A stretch of DNA of 64,000 nucleotides from an uncultured Gemmatimonadales bacterium (lineage in GTDB: Bacteria; Gemmatimonadota; Gemmatimonadetes; Gemmatimonadales; GWC2-71-9): assembly GCA_963847895.1 (NCBI GenBank), contig CAWKBO010000001.1, positions 813,266 through 877,265 on the forward strand. The letters run 5' to 3'. The notes beneath the pieces are model-generated. The model made no database searches and was not told where the DNA came from. It saw only the letters and a list, made by a program, of their open reading frames with translations. Made by a program: the position numbers and the translations under genes. Shown here in pieces: positions 10,821-19,640 of the stretch (positions are counted from its first letter, which is position 1; each line of letters opens with the position of its first letter).

Positions 10821-11978
10821 TCAGCCCTCGACCCGATACACCTGCAGCTCGTAGGGCACGTCAGCCTCGGGGTTGCCTTTGCACTGCAGGGCCAACCAGC
10901 CGGCAGCAAGGGAAATCCACTTGTCGGGGTGATAGCACGGCAGCGCCAAGCGACCGAGGTATCGTTCCCCAACGAAGAAATCGACCTTGGTCGAATCCCC
11001 CCGGTCGCTGAAGACCCACAACCGTCCACCGTCGTCGAACTGGAGTCCTGGCCAGGCAAACCAAGGCAGGTGCTCCCGTTCCAGCGTGTCGAGTCGCTCG
11101 CGAACGGCGGGATTCGCGCGCGACCCCGCCGCGCCCGGGGGGGGCGATCGATGGAGGACCGACTCCAACGTGGAGCGAGTCTCCGCCAGTCCATGAGGTC
11201 CTCGCGTCGGCGCCTCGCCGGGCACCTGAAGCGCGTACGATGCTCCCCCATCACGGATCGTGATCGACCCGGTTCGTGGATTGCCGATCGCGCTCCGAGT
11301 TCCACGCACAGCAAACACCGGAATCGGTAGGCGACCGGACGGGCGCGAAGGGTCGGGCACGATGGCGTCGACGAAACTCCGATCACCCTCGCCCAGGAAG
11401 ATCGAGCTGACACCCGAGCCCAGGATGTGCTCGACAATGGCGGGAGGCTCGCGCTTCAGCGGTGCGTCCTGATCAATCGTGAACAGCCGGTCACCATCAA
11501 GTGCCAAGGGAAAACTCAGTGCGTCCAACCTGAACTCCCCCCGCGCTCCCCCATCAGGTCCTAACAGCACGACCGCTGCCTTCCGCGTGTCGTAGATGGC
11601 CAGGGTGTCCCCGGTTGACAGCAGAACGCCGGCCCCCGAAATCTCTCCGGGGCCTTCCCCGCTTGGCCCAAACCGGTCTGTGGCAAGCCCCATCGAATCC
11701 AGCCTCGTCAAGAGCTGCACACCCGCTGTCTGACCATAGTAGTACAAGCCGCCGCGCGGATCTGCGGCTATCGGTACCTTGCCGAAGGGAGCACTTGTCG
11801 AATCAGGATGGAAGGCCATCCGAGTGAGTTTCGGCATGGCCTCATTGGGTGCCGATGGCATCTGAACATCGCGTCTCGAATCTCGGGAAGCCCCACATCC
11901 GGCAATCCCCGCGCAGAACAGCAGCCCCAAGTAGGGAGCGAAGGCAGTCAAGCCGAGCATTTTCAACTCGCTAGTCAC
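10821..11978 (-). CDS. Putative lipoprotein with 6-bladed beta-propeller (NHL-like) fold
   Basis: Hydrophobic N-terminus with lipobox-like GIAG-C; FGPSGEGPGEI, GDTLAIYD and FDDGGRLWV are typical propeller-blade motifs. Start is 11978 or 11960. Confidence 0.7.
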   Translation of the reverse strand: MTSELKMLGLTAFAPYLGLLFCAGIAGCGASRDSRRDVQMPSAPNEAMPKLTRMAFHPDSTSAPFGKVPIAADPRGGLYYYGQTAGVQLLTRLDSMGLATDRFGPSGEGPGEISGAGVLLSTGDTLAIYDTRKAAVVLLGPDGGARGEFRLDALSFPLALDGDRLFTIDQDAPLKREPPAIVEHILGSGVSSIFLGEGDRSFVDAIVPDPSRPSGRLPIPVFAVRGTRSAIGNPRTGSITIRDGGASYALQVPGEAPTRGPHGLAETRSTLESVLHRSPPPGAAGSRANPAVRERLDTLEREHLPWFAWPGLQFDDGGRLWVFSDRGDSTKVDFFVGERYLGRLALPCYHPDKWISLAAGWLALQCKGNPEADVPYELQVYRVEG

Positions 11979-11986
11979 GAAGGCGC

Positions 11987-12028
11987 AAAAAGTGGGATGC
12001 AGGGCGAACGCGATTCGCTACGACTCCC
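11987..12028 (-). terminator. Intrinsic terminator-like hairpin between the peptide gene and the propeller gene
   Basis: Minus strand GGGA...GCGAA-tcgcg-TTCGC...TCCC followed by ACTTTTT. Confidence 0.5.
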
Positions 12029-12042
12029 GTGAAGGTGCGAAC

Positions 12043-12294
12043 TCAGCCACAGCGGTAGTCGACGTCGATTCCATTCTGCCACTTGGTGAGCGGGTCGCAA
12101 CCACTCCGGGTCGTACCGCTCGGCGTAGCAGCATCATCCCAGAGTTCGCATCCCCCACCGGCGCACAGCCATGGGTGGAACGTGCCCCAGGATGGGTAGC
12201 CCTCACCGTTCGAATCAGCGGCGGAAAGCATGGTGGGTGCGGCGAACAGGGCCAATAGAACGGTTGCTGCAAATCTGAGTGCTGAGCGACGCAT
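12043..12294 (-). CDS. Small secreted 4-Cys peptide (83 aa)
   Basis: ATG at 12294 with a GAGG SD; Sec signal MRRSALRFAATVLLALFAAPTMLSA, then ADSNGEGYPSWGTFHPWLCAGGGCELWDDAATPSGTTRSGCDPLTKWQNGIDVDYRCG. Confidence 0.7.
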   Translation of the reverse strand: MRRSALRFAATVLLALFAAPTMLSAADSNGEGYPSWGTFHPWLCAGGGCELWDDAATPSGTTRSGCDPLTKWQNGIDVDYRCG

Positions 12295-12625
12295 GGTTTT
12301 GAACCTCACTTTAGGGGGACATCTAACAACAATGAGACTCTTACTGACCCGCCGGCGACGAGGGGCCGCATCTCGAATCACGACTAGATATGGACCGCAG
12401 TCGACGCGCGAGGGGCGCCACACAATCGTGATCGCAACTCACCATGCGAAACGCATCGTGTCAGCACAACAACTGAAGCCGCCTAGGGCTTCTCCTAGTG
12501 GGCACGTAACTCAGCCTAGGGGGGGAGATAGCAGCTTCACTTCAAGGAATTTCCACGCGGACTGTTACACAGCACCGCGCTCGAAATCGGCAAGGTCCTC
12601 GTTCCAATCCTCGAACCGACGTAGC

Positions 12626-13519
12626 TCAGTCCCCCACCCGCACCACCTCGTCCAGCTCCACCCCCTTCTCTCCCTCCACCAGTCGCCCGCCCACCACCCG
12701 GGCGTCGTGTTCGAAGACCACCCGCCACCGCTCGGCGACGCCGCGGGTGTAGAGCGCCCGCTTGCTCTCCAGTGTGCGGAGCGGCTCCACGTCGTAGCCC
12801 ATGATCCACGGCAGCGGCAAGTGGGCCGCGGTCGGGATCGTGTCAGCCGGATAGAGCAGGGTCTCCCCTTCGCTCTCCAGCAGCACGCTCCAGTGCCACG
12901 GCGTGTGCCCCGGCGTGACCAGCACCCGCACGCCCGGCACGATGGTGCCGGCCGGTCCGTCGAGCATCTCGACCCGGCCCTGCTCCACCAGCACCCGCCA
13001 GTTGTGGTCGAAGTAGCTCCCCTGAGTCCGCTCGTTGGCGTGGGTCGCATACTCGTACTCGCGCCGGTGCATCACGTAGCGCGCCTTGGGGAAACTGGCC
13101 TGCACCCGCCGCTCCGGATCGTCGGGTGCCACGAAGGTGTTGCCGCCAGCATGATCGAAGTGCAGGTGCGTGTCGAGCACCGTCACGATGTCATCGGGGG
13201 CGTGCCCCAGCTCGGCGAGGGCGTCCTCGAGTGCAGTGCGGCCGTCGGCGCCGACGTTCTCCACTCCGTAGATGTCGTGGAACTTGGCCGCCTCCTTGTT
13301 GCCGAGTCCGGTGTCGATCAGCACGAGGCCATCGGGATGCTCGACCAACAGGGGACGCATCGCCAAGGTGATCCGGTTACGCTCGTCGGGTTCGATCCGC
13401 CGCTGCCAGAGTGGCTTGGGCACGATGCCGAACATCGCGCCGCCGTCGAGCCGCTGGTGCCCCGCCTCGAGGGCGTGCACGGTGAGCTGGCCGACGGTGA
13501 AGGTGGTGATCCTGCTCAT
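12626..13519 (-). CDS. MBL-fold metallo-hydrolase (YtnP-like)
   Basis: LDGGAMFGIVPKPLW, THLHFDHAGG, TPGHT, FEHD. Confidence 0.9.
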   Translation of the reverse strand: MSRITTFTVGQLTVHALEAGHQRLDGGAMFGIVPKPLWQRRIEPDERNRITLAMRPLLVEHPDGLVLIDTGLGNKEAAKFHDIYGVENVGADGRTALEDALAELGHAPDDIVTVLDTHLHFDHAGGNTFVAPDDPERRVQASFPKARYVMHRREYEYATHANERTQGSYFDHNWRVLVEQGRVEMLDGPAGTIVPGVRVLVTPGHTPWHWSVLLESEGETLLYPADTIPTAAHLPLPWIMGYDVEPLRTLESKRALYTRGVAERWRVVFEHDARVVGGRLVEGEKGVELDEVVRVGD

Positions 13520-14334
13520 GTCGGCACCTCGCGGATCGGCGTGCGATGCAGCACCTCGAGATCGGCCAGGGTGCGCGCACCGCGTTCGCGCGCCGCACCC
13601 ATCAATCGTTCCAGCAGCATCCCCGTCACCATCGCATCGCCGGCGGCGCGGTGGCGCGCCGGGAACTCGAGTGCAAATCGGTGGGCGAGTGCATCGAGAC
13701 CGTAGCTCGTCTCGCCGCGATAGAGACGCCGCGCCAGGCGCACGGTACAGAGTCGCGGACCGTCGAGCACCAGGTCGCGTGCCCGGCGCACCTCATGGCC
13801 CACGAAGCCCCAGTCGAACCGCGCGTTGTGCGCCACGAACACCCGGCCCGCGAGCGCGGCCAGCAGCTCGTCGGCGATGTCGCTGAACGATGGCGCGGTC
13901 TGCACCATTGCATTGGTGATCCCGGTGAGTTCGCAGATCCGCGAGGGAATCGGCCGCCCCGGGTTCACCAGTGACTCGAACGCCAACTCGCGACGGCTCC
14001 CCTGTACCACCACCACGGCGATCTCGGTGATCCGGTCGTCGTCGCCGGGACGCATCCCGGTGGTCTCGACGTCGACCACCGCGAAGGCGCACTCCTCCAG
14101 CAGCGGCGACCCCTGCGCCGCGGTGACCAGCGCCCAGCGGCCATCGGCCTGCTGCCGCACCCGCGGGTCGGCGCCGAGAAGCGCCGCGGCCAGCCGCTCG
14201 GCGACCGCGGGCGGCGCCGCCGGGAGCCCCATCACCCGGGTGGCCACGGCCACGGCGTCGAGCGGCCCCTCGGCGAGGAGTGCCAGCGCCTTCTCGATCA
14301 GGGTGCCCGCGGGGTGCGGCGTGAGGCCGATCAC
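13516..14334 (-). CDS. DEDDh 3'-5' exonuclease (DnaQ/PolC-type) with N-terminal extension
   Basis: VVDVETTG, VAHNARFDWGF, HRAAGDA. Confidence 0.9.
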   Translation of the reverse strand: MIGLTPHPAGTLIEKALALLAEGPLDAVAVATRVMGLPAAPPAVAERLAAALLGADPRVRQQADGRWALVTAAQGSPLLEECAFAVVDVETTGMRPGDDDRITEIAVVVVQGSRRELAFESLVNPGRPIPSRICELTGITNAMVQTAPSFSDIADELLAALAGRVFVAHNARFDWGFVGHEVRRARDLVLDGPRLCTVRLARRLYRGETSYGLDALAHRFALEFPARHRAAGDAMVTGMLLERLMGAARERGARTLADLEVLHRTPIREVPT

Positions 14335-14966
14335 GCCTCGTCCCGGTGGGCCAGCGCATAGGAGAGGGTCTCGAGTTCGACAGCGAGGTTCACGTTCTTG
14401 ACGTCCACCCCCGGTGGGACGTGCAGCTGCACCGGGGCAAAGTTGAGGATGGCGGTGACCCCGGCCTCGACCAGTCGATCGACCAGCGCCTGGGCCGGGT
14501 CGGCCGGGGTCACCAGGATCCCGATCTCGACCTCCTCACGGTGGACGATCGCCTCGAGATCCGCAACGTCCTCGATGGTGAGTCCCCCGGTGGCGGTGCC
14601 GACCTTGGCGGGATCCTTGTCGACCACCGCGACGATCTGGAAGCCGCGCGCGCTGAAGCCGGCGTACTGGACCAGCGCCCCGGCCAGCCGACCGGCCCCG
14701 ACGATGATCACCTTGTAGCGGTGACCGAGCCCCAGGATGGCGCGCAGCTTGGTGGCGAGCGCGTCCACGTCGTACCCCAGCCCGCGCTTGCCGAACGAGC
14801 CGAAGAACGAGAGGTCCTTCCGCACCTGGGCCGAGGTGGTGCCGGCACGACTGGCCAGCGCCTCCGAGGAGATGGTGTCGCGGCCCTGCTGCTGGAACTC
14901 CTCGAGGAACCTGAGGTAGATCGCGAGGCGTCGCACCGTGGAGTCGGCGATCTTGCGCGGGAACAT
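14331..14966 (-). CDS. rex: Redox-sensing transcriptional repressor Rex
   Basis: STVRRLAIYLR, QVRKDLSFFGSFGKRGLGYDV, VGAGRLA, ILNFAP; start ATG 14966. Confidence 0.96.
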   Translation of the reverse strand: MFPRKIADSTVRRLAIYLRFLEEFQQQGRDTISSEALASRAGTTSAQVRKDLSFFGSFGKRGLGYDVDALATKLRAILGLGHRYKVIIVGAGRLAGALVQYAGFSARGFQIVAVVDKDPAKVGTATGGLTIEDVADLEAIVHREEVEIGILVTPADPAQALVDRLVEAGVTAILNFAPVQLHVPPGVDVKNVNLAVELETLSYALAHRDEA

Positions 14967-14967
14967 G

Positions 14968-14985
14968 TTGTGAAATGTTTCACAA
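14968..14985. promoter_or_regulatory. Rex operator (ROP) overlapping the rex promoter
   Basis: TTGTGAAATGTTTCACAA is an exact match to TTGTGAA-N4-TTCACAA and sits 1 nt upstream of the rex ATG. Confidence 0.92.
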
Positions 14986-15022
14986 GGCGCCCCCGGAGGC
15001 AAGCGGGCAGCTGCCGGGGGCA

Positions 15023-15106
15023 ATGGTCGATGGTCGATCGCGGATCGTCTATCGTCTATCGTCTATCGGCTATCGTCTATCGTCTCTCGTCTCTCGTCTA
15101 TCGTCC
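15023..15106. repeat. Heptamer tandem repeat (ATCGTCT consensus)
   Basis: Nine near-identical units at 15044-15106 plus three degenerate in-phase units (ATGGTCG x2, ATCGCGG); overlaps the rsmA 3' end. Confidence 0.9.
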
Positions 15107-15887
15107 CAAGCAGCCGCACGAACTCCTCGACAGTCACCACTTCGGGCCGGACATCAGGGTCAATCCCGGCCTGAGCCAGCAGGGCGCCGGCGGCCTTGGC
15201 ATCGAGCCCCAGCGCTTCGCGGACCGCCCGCAGCATCCGCTTGCGACGATAGGAGAAAAGCGACACCACCAGTCGTCGCAGATCGCTGACCCGCTCCGGG
15301 GCGATCGGCGGGGCCGGGTGGGGCACCAGGTGCACCACCCCCGAGTCGACCTTCGGCGGTGGGGAGAAGGCGCCGCGATTGACCGTCATCGCCAGGTCGG
15401 CGCTCGCCGCCGCCGCGATCCCGACGGTCAGGGCGCCATAGGCCTCGCTCCCGGGCTGGGCCGCGAGCCGGCGGGCCACCTCGAGTTGCACCAGATAGGT
15501 GACCGACGCCGGCATCGGCGCGGTCAGGGCCTTCTCGAGGAGCGGCGACGTGATGTAGTACGGGATGTTGCCGGCGACCCGCCAGCTCGCTCCCTGCGCG
15601 GTCCAGGGCGCCACCAGCGCCGGCCAGTCGAGGTCCAGCGCATCACCCTCGACCAGCACCAGGGGGCGATCGGCGAATCGTCGGGTGAGCGCGGCGCCCA
15701 TCCGGGCGTCGCGCTCGATGGCCACCACCGTGGCGCCGCGATCGAGCAGGGCCGCGGTGAGCCCACCCGTCCCGGGGCCGATCTCCAGCACCACGTCACC
15801 AGCGGCCGATTCCGTGACGGCCGCGATCCGCGCCAAGAGCGCCGGATCGTTGAGAAAGTGCTGGCCGAGGCCCTTCCGGGCGCGCAC
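15063..15887 (-). CDS. rsmA: 16S rRNA m6,2A dimethyltransferase
   Basis: RKGLGQHFL, LEIGPGTG, VAGNIPYYITSP, FSPPPKVDS. Confidence 0.96.
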   Translation of the reverse strand: MRARKGLGQHFLNDPALLARIAAVTESAAGDVVLEIGPGTGGLTAALLDRGATVVAIERDARMGAALTRRFADRPLVLVEGDALDLDWPALVAPWTAQGASWRVAGNIPYYITSPLLEKALTAPMPASVTYLVQLEVARRLAAQPGSEAYGALTVGIAAAASADLAMTVNRGAFSPPPKVDSGVVHLVPHPAPPIAPERVSDLRRLVVSLFSYRRKRMLRAVREALGLDAKAAGALLAQAGIDPDVRPEVVTVEEFVRLLGTIDERRETIDDSR

Positions 15888-15888
15888 C

Positions 15889-17409
15889 CTAGACCCGGAT
15901 CACCAGCAGCGTGCAGTCGTCGCCGGTCCGGGCGCCGAAGGCGGCCAGGTCGTCGCGCACGAATTGCAGCAAAGCCTCTGGCGCAAGGTCACGACCCGCT
16001 TCCAGCCGGGCGAGGAGGCGTTCGGCGCCGTAGCGAGCGCCATCCTCCCGCGCGCCATCGGTGAGGCCGTCGGTGCAGAGCACGAGCAGGTCCTCCCCGG
16101 CAGCCCAGGGCACGCTGGCGGCGCCGAACTCGCCGTGCTCCACGAGGCCCAGCGGCGGCGCCGTGGTGGCCAGGCGCTCGGGATGCCCGTGCCGCGACAC
16201 GCGGAACGCGTAGGGGTGCCCGGCGTTGGAGTAGCAGAGAGTGCCCGCCGCCGGATCGAACATCGCGTACACCAGGGTGAGGTACATCTCGGTGGTGGCA
16301 AGCTCGTCCTCGAGCGCGTTGCGGATCAGCGCGAGGGTGCGATCCGGGGGGGTGTCGGCGTTGACGTGGATTCCGGCGGCGGCCATCACCTGCGCCGCAA
16401 TCAGCGCCGCCGAGAAACCGTGCGAGGAGACGTCGCCGAGCATCACCCCGATGCGGCCGTGGCCGAGTCGCGCGAAGGTGTAGAAGTCGCCACCAAGTGT
16501 CTCCGCCGGCACGCTCCACACGGCGACCTCGGCCTCGCCCCGCAGGGCGGCCGGGGTGGGCATCAGCTTCACCTGGAGGTCATGGGCGAGTTCGAGTTCG
16601 CGGGTGACACGGTGCTGCTCGCGCTCCGCCGCGGCGAGGCGGGCGTTCTCGAGGGCCGCACCGACCTGGGTCGCCACCGCGGCCAGGAGCTTGGTCTCCT
16701 CGCGGGTGAACGAGCCGCCGCCCGCCCGGTCGGCCAGCGCCAGCGTGCCGACGACCCGCGGCGGCTGGCCACTGGCGGCGTAGACGATCGGCACGGCGAG
16801 CACCTCGCCCTCGACCCAGTCGGGCTGCACCCCGGTCTGCACCCGTCGGGTCCGAACCGCTCGCGCGATGACCACCTCATCGCTGCTATCAATCGACACC
16901 GCGGCGGGGATGCTCCCCTCCCTGCCATCACCGACCAGCGCCACCAATCGCAAGAAGCCGTGCTCGTCGAGCACCCGGAGCCCGGCTCGTCGCGCCCCGA
17001 TCACGGCGCTCACCTCGCGCAGGATGTGGCCGGCCACCGCCTCGATCGGATGGGACCGACCGAGCAGCTCGCCGATCGAGTAGAGCAGGTCGATCTCCTC
17101 GTAGCGGGAAGCCAGTTCGCTGGTCAGTGCCATCTGGCCCTCGTCGGCGTGCAGCACTGCCTCGACGATCGGCAGCAGCCGGGCTGCGAGTTCGTCGGCG
17201 AGTCGATCGTCGCGGGGGGTGATCTCGAGATAGAGCTCCTGGCTACCGGGGATTGCCACGAAGGCGGCGGCCTGATGCCCTGGGTCGCGCGGGGCGCGCG
17301 GGGCGGTCGCCTCGGGACCGGCCCGGAGCCGCCAGGTGGTGCCCTCGAGCCGCCAGAGCCGGACCGTGGCCCCGGCGAGCGCGCCGAGATGGGGCACCAG
17401 TGCTCGCAA
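15889..17409 (-). CDS. GAF + PP2C (SpoIIE/RsbU-family) serine phosphatase
   Basis: GAF region followed by ELELAHDLQ, LGGDFY, GDVSSHG, NAGHP, CTDGLTD, DDCTLLV. Start uncertain (~17409-17418). Confidence 0.88.
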   Translation of the reverse strand: MRALVPHLGALAGATVRLWRLEGTTWRLRAGPEATAPRAPRDPGHQAAAFVAIPGSQELYLEITPRDDRLADELAARLLPIVEAVLHADEGQMALTSELASRYEEIDLLYSIGELLGRSHPIEAVAGHILREVSAVIGARRAGLRVLDEHGFLRLVALVGDGREGSIPAAVSIDSSDEVVIARAVRTRRVQTGVQPDWVEGEVLAVPIVYAASGQPPRVVGTLALADRAGGGSFTREETKLLAAVATQVGAALENARLAAAEREQHRVTRELELAHDLQVKLMPTPAALRGEAEVAVWSVPAETLGGDFYTFARLGHGRIGVMLGDVSSHGFSAALIAAQVMAAAGIHVNADTPPDRTLALIRNALEDELATTEMYLTLVYAMFDPAAGTLCYSNAGHPYAFRVSRHGHPERLATTAPPLGLVEHGEFGAASVPWAAGEDLLVLCTDGLTDGAREDGARYGAERLLARLEAGRDLAPEALLQFVRDDLAAFGARTGDDCTLLVIRV

Positions 17410-17414
17410 CGTGC

Positions 17415-17861
17415 TCAGTGTCGGGGCAGTGTCATCCAGATGGTGTTTCCTCGGTCGTTGAAGACGACCTGCTCGGCGAGCCGGCGGATCATGAAGAGCC
17501 CGCGACCGCGGGTGGCTTCGTGGCACTCGTGGTCGTGCAGGTCGCGCACGCCGGCGTGGTCGAAGCCGTCGCCCTCATCTGCGACCGCGAGGACGATCCG
17601 ATCGAGATGCACCTCGACCTCGACGAGGACCCGCCGGCCAGGATCGTTGTCGTTGCCGTAGGTCATCGCATTGACGATCGCCTCCGCGGCGACCGTGCGC
17701 AGCCGGAAGCGGACCCGGCCGGTAAGCGGCCCCTGGGCGCGGCAACAATCGACCACCGCCTCGACCGCCTCGCCCACCTGGGCCAGGTCGGTCGGCAGCA
17801 CCAGTTCGAAGCGGGCGGCACCGAGCGACGGTGCCGGGACCCGGCGTGCGGCGAACCCCAT
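17415..17861 (-). CDS. RsbW-like anti-sigma factor / Ser kinase (HATPase_c_2)
   Basis: EAIVNAMTYGN, VADEGDGFD, GRGLFMIRRL. Confidence 0.88.
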   Translation of the reverse strand: MGFAARRVPAPSLGAARFELVLPTDLAQVGEAVEAVVDCCRAQGPLTGRVRFRLRTVAAEAIVNAMTYGNDNDPGRRVLVEVEVHLDRIVLAVADEGDGFDHAGVRDLHDHECHEATRGRGLFMIRRLAEQVVFNDRGNTIWMTLPRH

Positions 17862-17869
17862 CGCGGGCC

Positions 17870-18205
17870 TCAGAAGCCCGCGAGGGCCTCGTTCGCGGTC
17901 GGGGCGATCGCGAACAGGGTATCGAGCTTGGTCAGCTCGAACAACGACCGGAGATCCTCGTTGAGTCCGGCCAGACGGAGCTCGCCGCCGGCCTCGCGGA
18001 CTCGCTTGTTGATCGAGACCAACGCGCCGAGGCCCGAGGAGTCGATGTAGGCGGTGGCGGTGAAGTCGAGCACGAACTTGCGCGCGCCGGCCTCCACCGC
18101 GTCCTGGATCACCTGCTTCAACTCCTGCCGGTTCGCCACGATGAGCTGGCCTTCAACCGTCACCACCGTCACCCCGTCGGGCGAACGCGTCGTCGTGATG
18201 GACAT
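17870..18205 (-). CDS. STAS-domain anti-anti-sigma factor (RsbV-like)
   Basis: LDFTATAYIDSSGLGALV phospho-Ser motif; start ATG 18205. Confidence 0.92.
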   Translation of the reverse strand: MSITTTRSPDGVTVVTVEGQLIVANRQELKQVIQDAVEAGARKFVLDFTATAYIDSSGLGALVSINKRVREAGGELRLAGLNEDLRSLFELTKLDTLFAIAPTANEALAGF

Positions 18206-18210
18206 CGTCG

Positions 18211-19161
18211 TCAACGCTCCTGGAGAATTCCCGGGCGACCCGCGGCCTGCAGGGCCACCAATGCCGCCACATCCACAATATCGTCGGAGGAGGCCCCCCG
18301 CGACAGGTCGGACATCGGTCGTGCCAGTCCCTGCAGCAGCGGACCGGCCGCCGTGGCCCCGGCAAGCCGCTCGGTGAGCTTGTATCCGATGTTCGCGGCG
18401 TCGAGCGACGGGAACACCAGCACATTGGCACGGCCACCGAGCGGTGACCCCGGACACTTGCGGGCGGCAACCTCCGGAACCAGCGCCGCGTCGGCCTGGA
18501 GTTCACCATCGGCGACGACGCCCGGGCGCAGGGTGCGGAAGTGGTCCAGCGCCTCGCGGACGGCCGAGGTCTCGGCGCAGTCGGCACTGCCGTGGGTGCT
18601 GAAGGAGAGGAACGCCACCATCGGTTCGTCGCCGATCAACGCACGGCGATCGTCGGCGGCCGCGACGCCGGCCTCCGCGAGCTGGGTCGGCGTTGGCGAC
18701 GGCACCACCGCCACGTCGGTATAGGTGAGCACCCGACCGTCGGGCAGACCGTGGTACATCGCCGCGCTCACCGACCCGATGCCGGCCCGGGTGCCGATCG
18801 CCCACAGCGCGGCACGGAGCACCTCGGCGGTGGGCATCACAGCGCCGGCAACACAGCCGTCGGCCTCGCCGAGACCGACGAGGGCCGCAGCGAACCGGAG
18901 TGGATCGGCGGCCAGGTCGAGGGCGTGCAGGCCGTCACGCACCGCCTCGGGCCGTCGCGCGCGCAACAGGTCGGCCGCCGCCTGCAGCACCGGATCGTCG
19001 GCGGCCGGCCGCTCATCGTGCCGCAACAGCCGCGGCTCGGCGATGCCCAGCGCGGCGAGTGTCTCCGCCGCCGCGACGATCCGCGGATCGTCGCCCTCGG
19101 GGAGCACCAGGCGCACCCCGAGTCCTGCGGCGCGTTGCCGGAGCCGGTCGCGGAGGCTCAT
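18211..19161 (-). CDS. pta: Phosphate acetyltransferase
   Basis: LVLPEGDDPRI, VAFLSFSTHGSA, DGELQADAAL, ANVLVFPSLDAANIGYKL, GPLLQGLARPMSDLSRG. Confidence 0.9.
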   Translation of the reverse strand: MSLRDRLRQRAAGLGVRLVLPEGDDPRIVAAAETLAALGIAEPRLLRHDERPAADDPVLQAAADLLRARRPEAVRDGLHALDLAADPLRFAAALVGLGEADGCVAGAVMPTAEVLRAALWAIGTRAGIGSVSAAMYHGLPDGRVLTYTDVAVVPSPTPTQLAEAGVAAADDRRALIGDEPMVAFLSFSTHGSADCAETSAVREALDHFRTLRPGVVADGELQADAALVPEVAARKCPGSPLGGRANVLVFPSLDAANIGYKLTERLAGATAAGPLLQGLARPMSDLSRGASSDDIVDVAALVALQAAGRPGILQER

Positions 19162-19640
19162 CCGGGAAAGCGTGCCGCCAGGGCGCGAGCGACCTCGGGG
19201 TGCACCAGTCCATCGAGGTTGCCGCCGAAGCGCGCCGCCTCGCGCACCAAGGATGAGGAGAGGTAGGTGAGGTCCACCGCGGGGACCATGAACACCGTCT
19301 CGAGCTGCGGATTGAGGCGACGGTTCATCAGCGCCATCTGAAACTCGTACTCGAAGTCGCTCACGGCGCGCAGCCCTCGCACCGCCATGGTCGCCCCGCG
19401 ATCCTGCGCGAACTTGGCCAGCAGCCCTGAGAACGAGGCGAGCTCGATGCGCGGCTCGTCGCCGAGGGCGACCTGGAGGAGGCGCAGCCGTTCCTCGACC
19501 GAGAAGAGCGGCTCCTTGACCGGGTTGATGGCGACCGCGACGACCAGCCGGTCGCAGAGGGCGAGGGCGCGCCGGGCCAGGTCCTCGTGGCCGCGGGTCG
19601 GTGGATCGAACGAGCCGGGATAGATGGCGATGCGCGTCAT
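19158..19640 (-). CDS. coaD: Phosphopantetheine adenylyltransferase
   Basis: IYPGSFDPPTRGH, RGLRAVSDFEYE, LSSSLVRE. Confidence 0.97.
   Translation of the reverse strand: MTRIAIYPGSFDPPTRGHEDLARRALALCDRLVVAVAINPVKEPLFSVEERLRLLQVALGDEPRIELASFSGLLAKFAQDRGATMAVRGLRAVSDFEYEFQMALMNRRLNPQLETVFMVPAVDLTYLSSSLVREAARFGGNLDGLVHPEVARALAARFPG

Noticed and set aside
10760..12620. Lower-GC islet as a mobile element
   Set aside because: No integrase, transposase, tRNA target or flanking direct repeats were recognised.
15023..15106. Repeat array as a possible CRISPR
   Set aside because: The units are contiguous 7-mers with no spacers, and there are no cas genes nearby.
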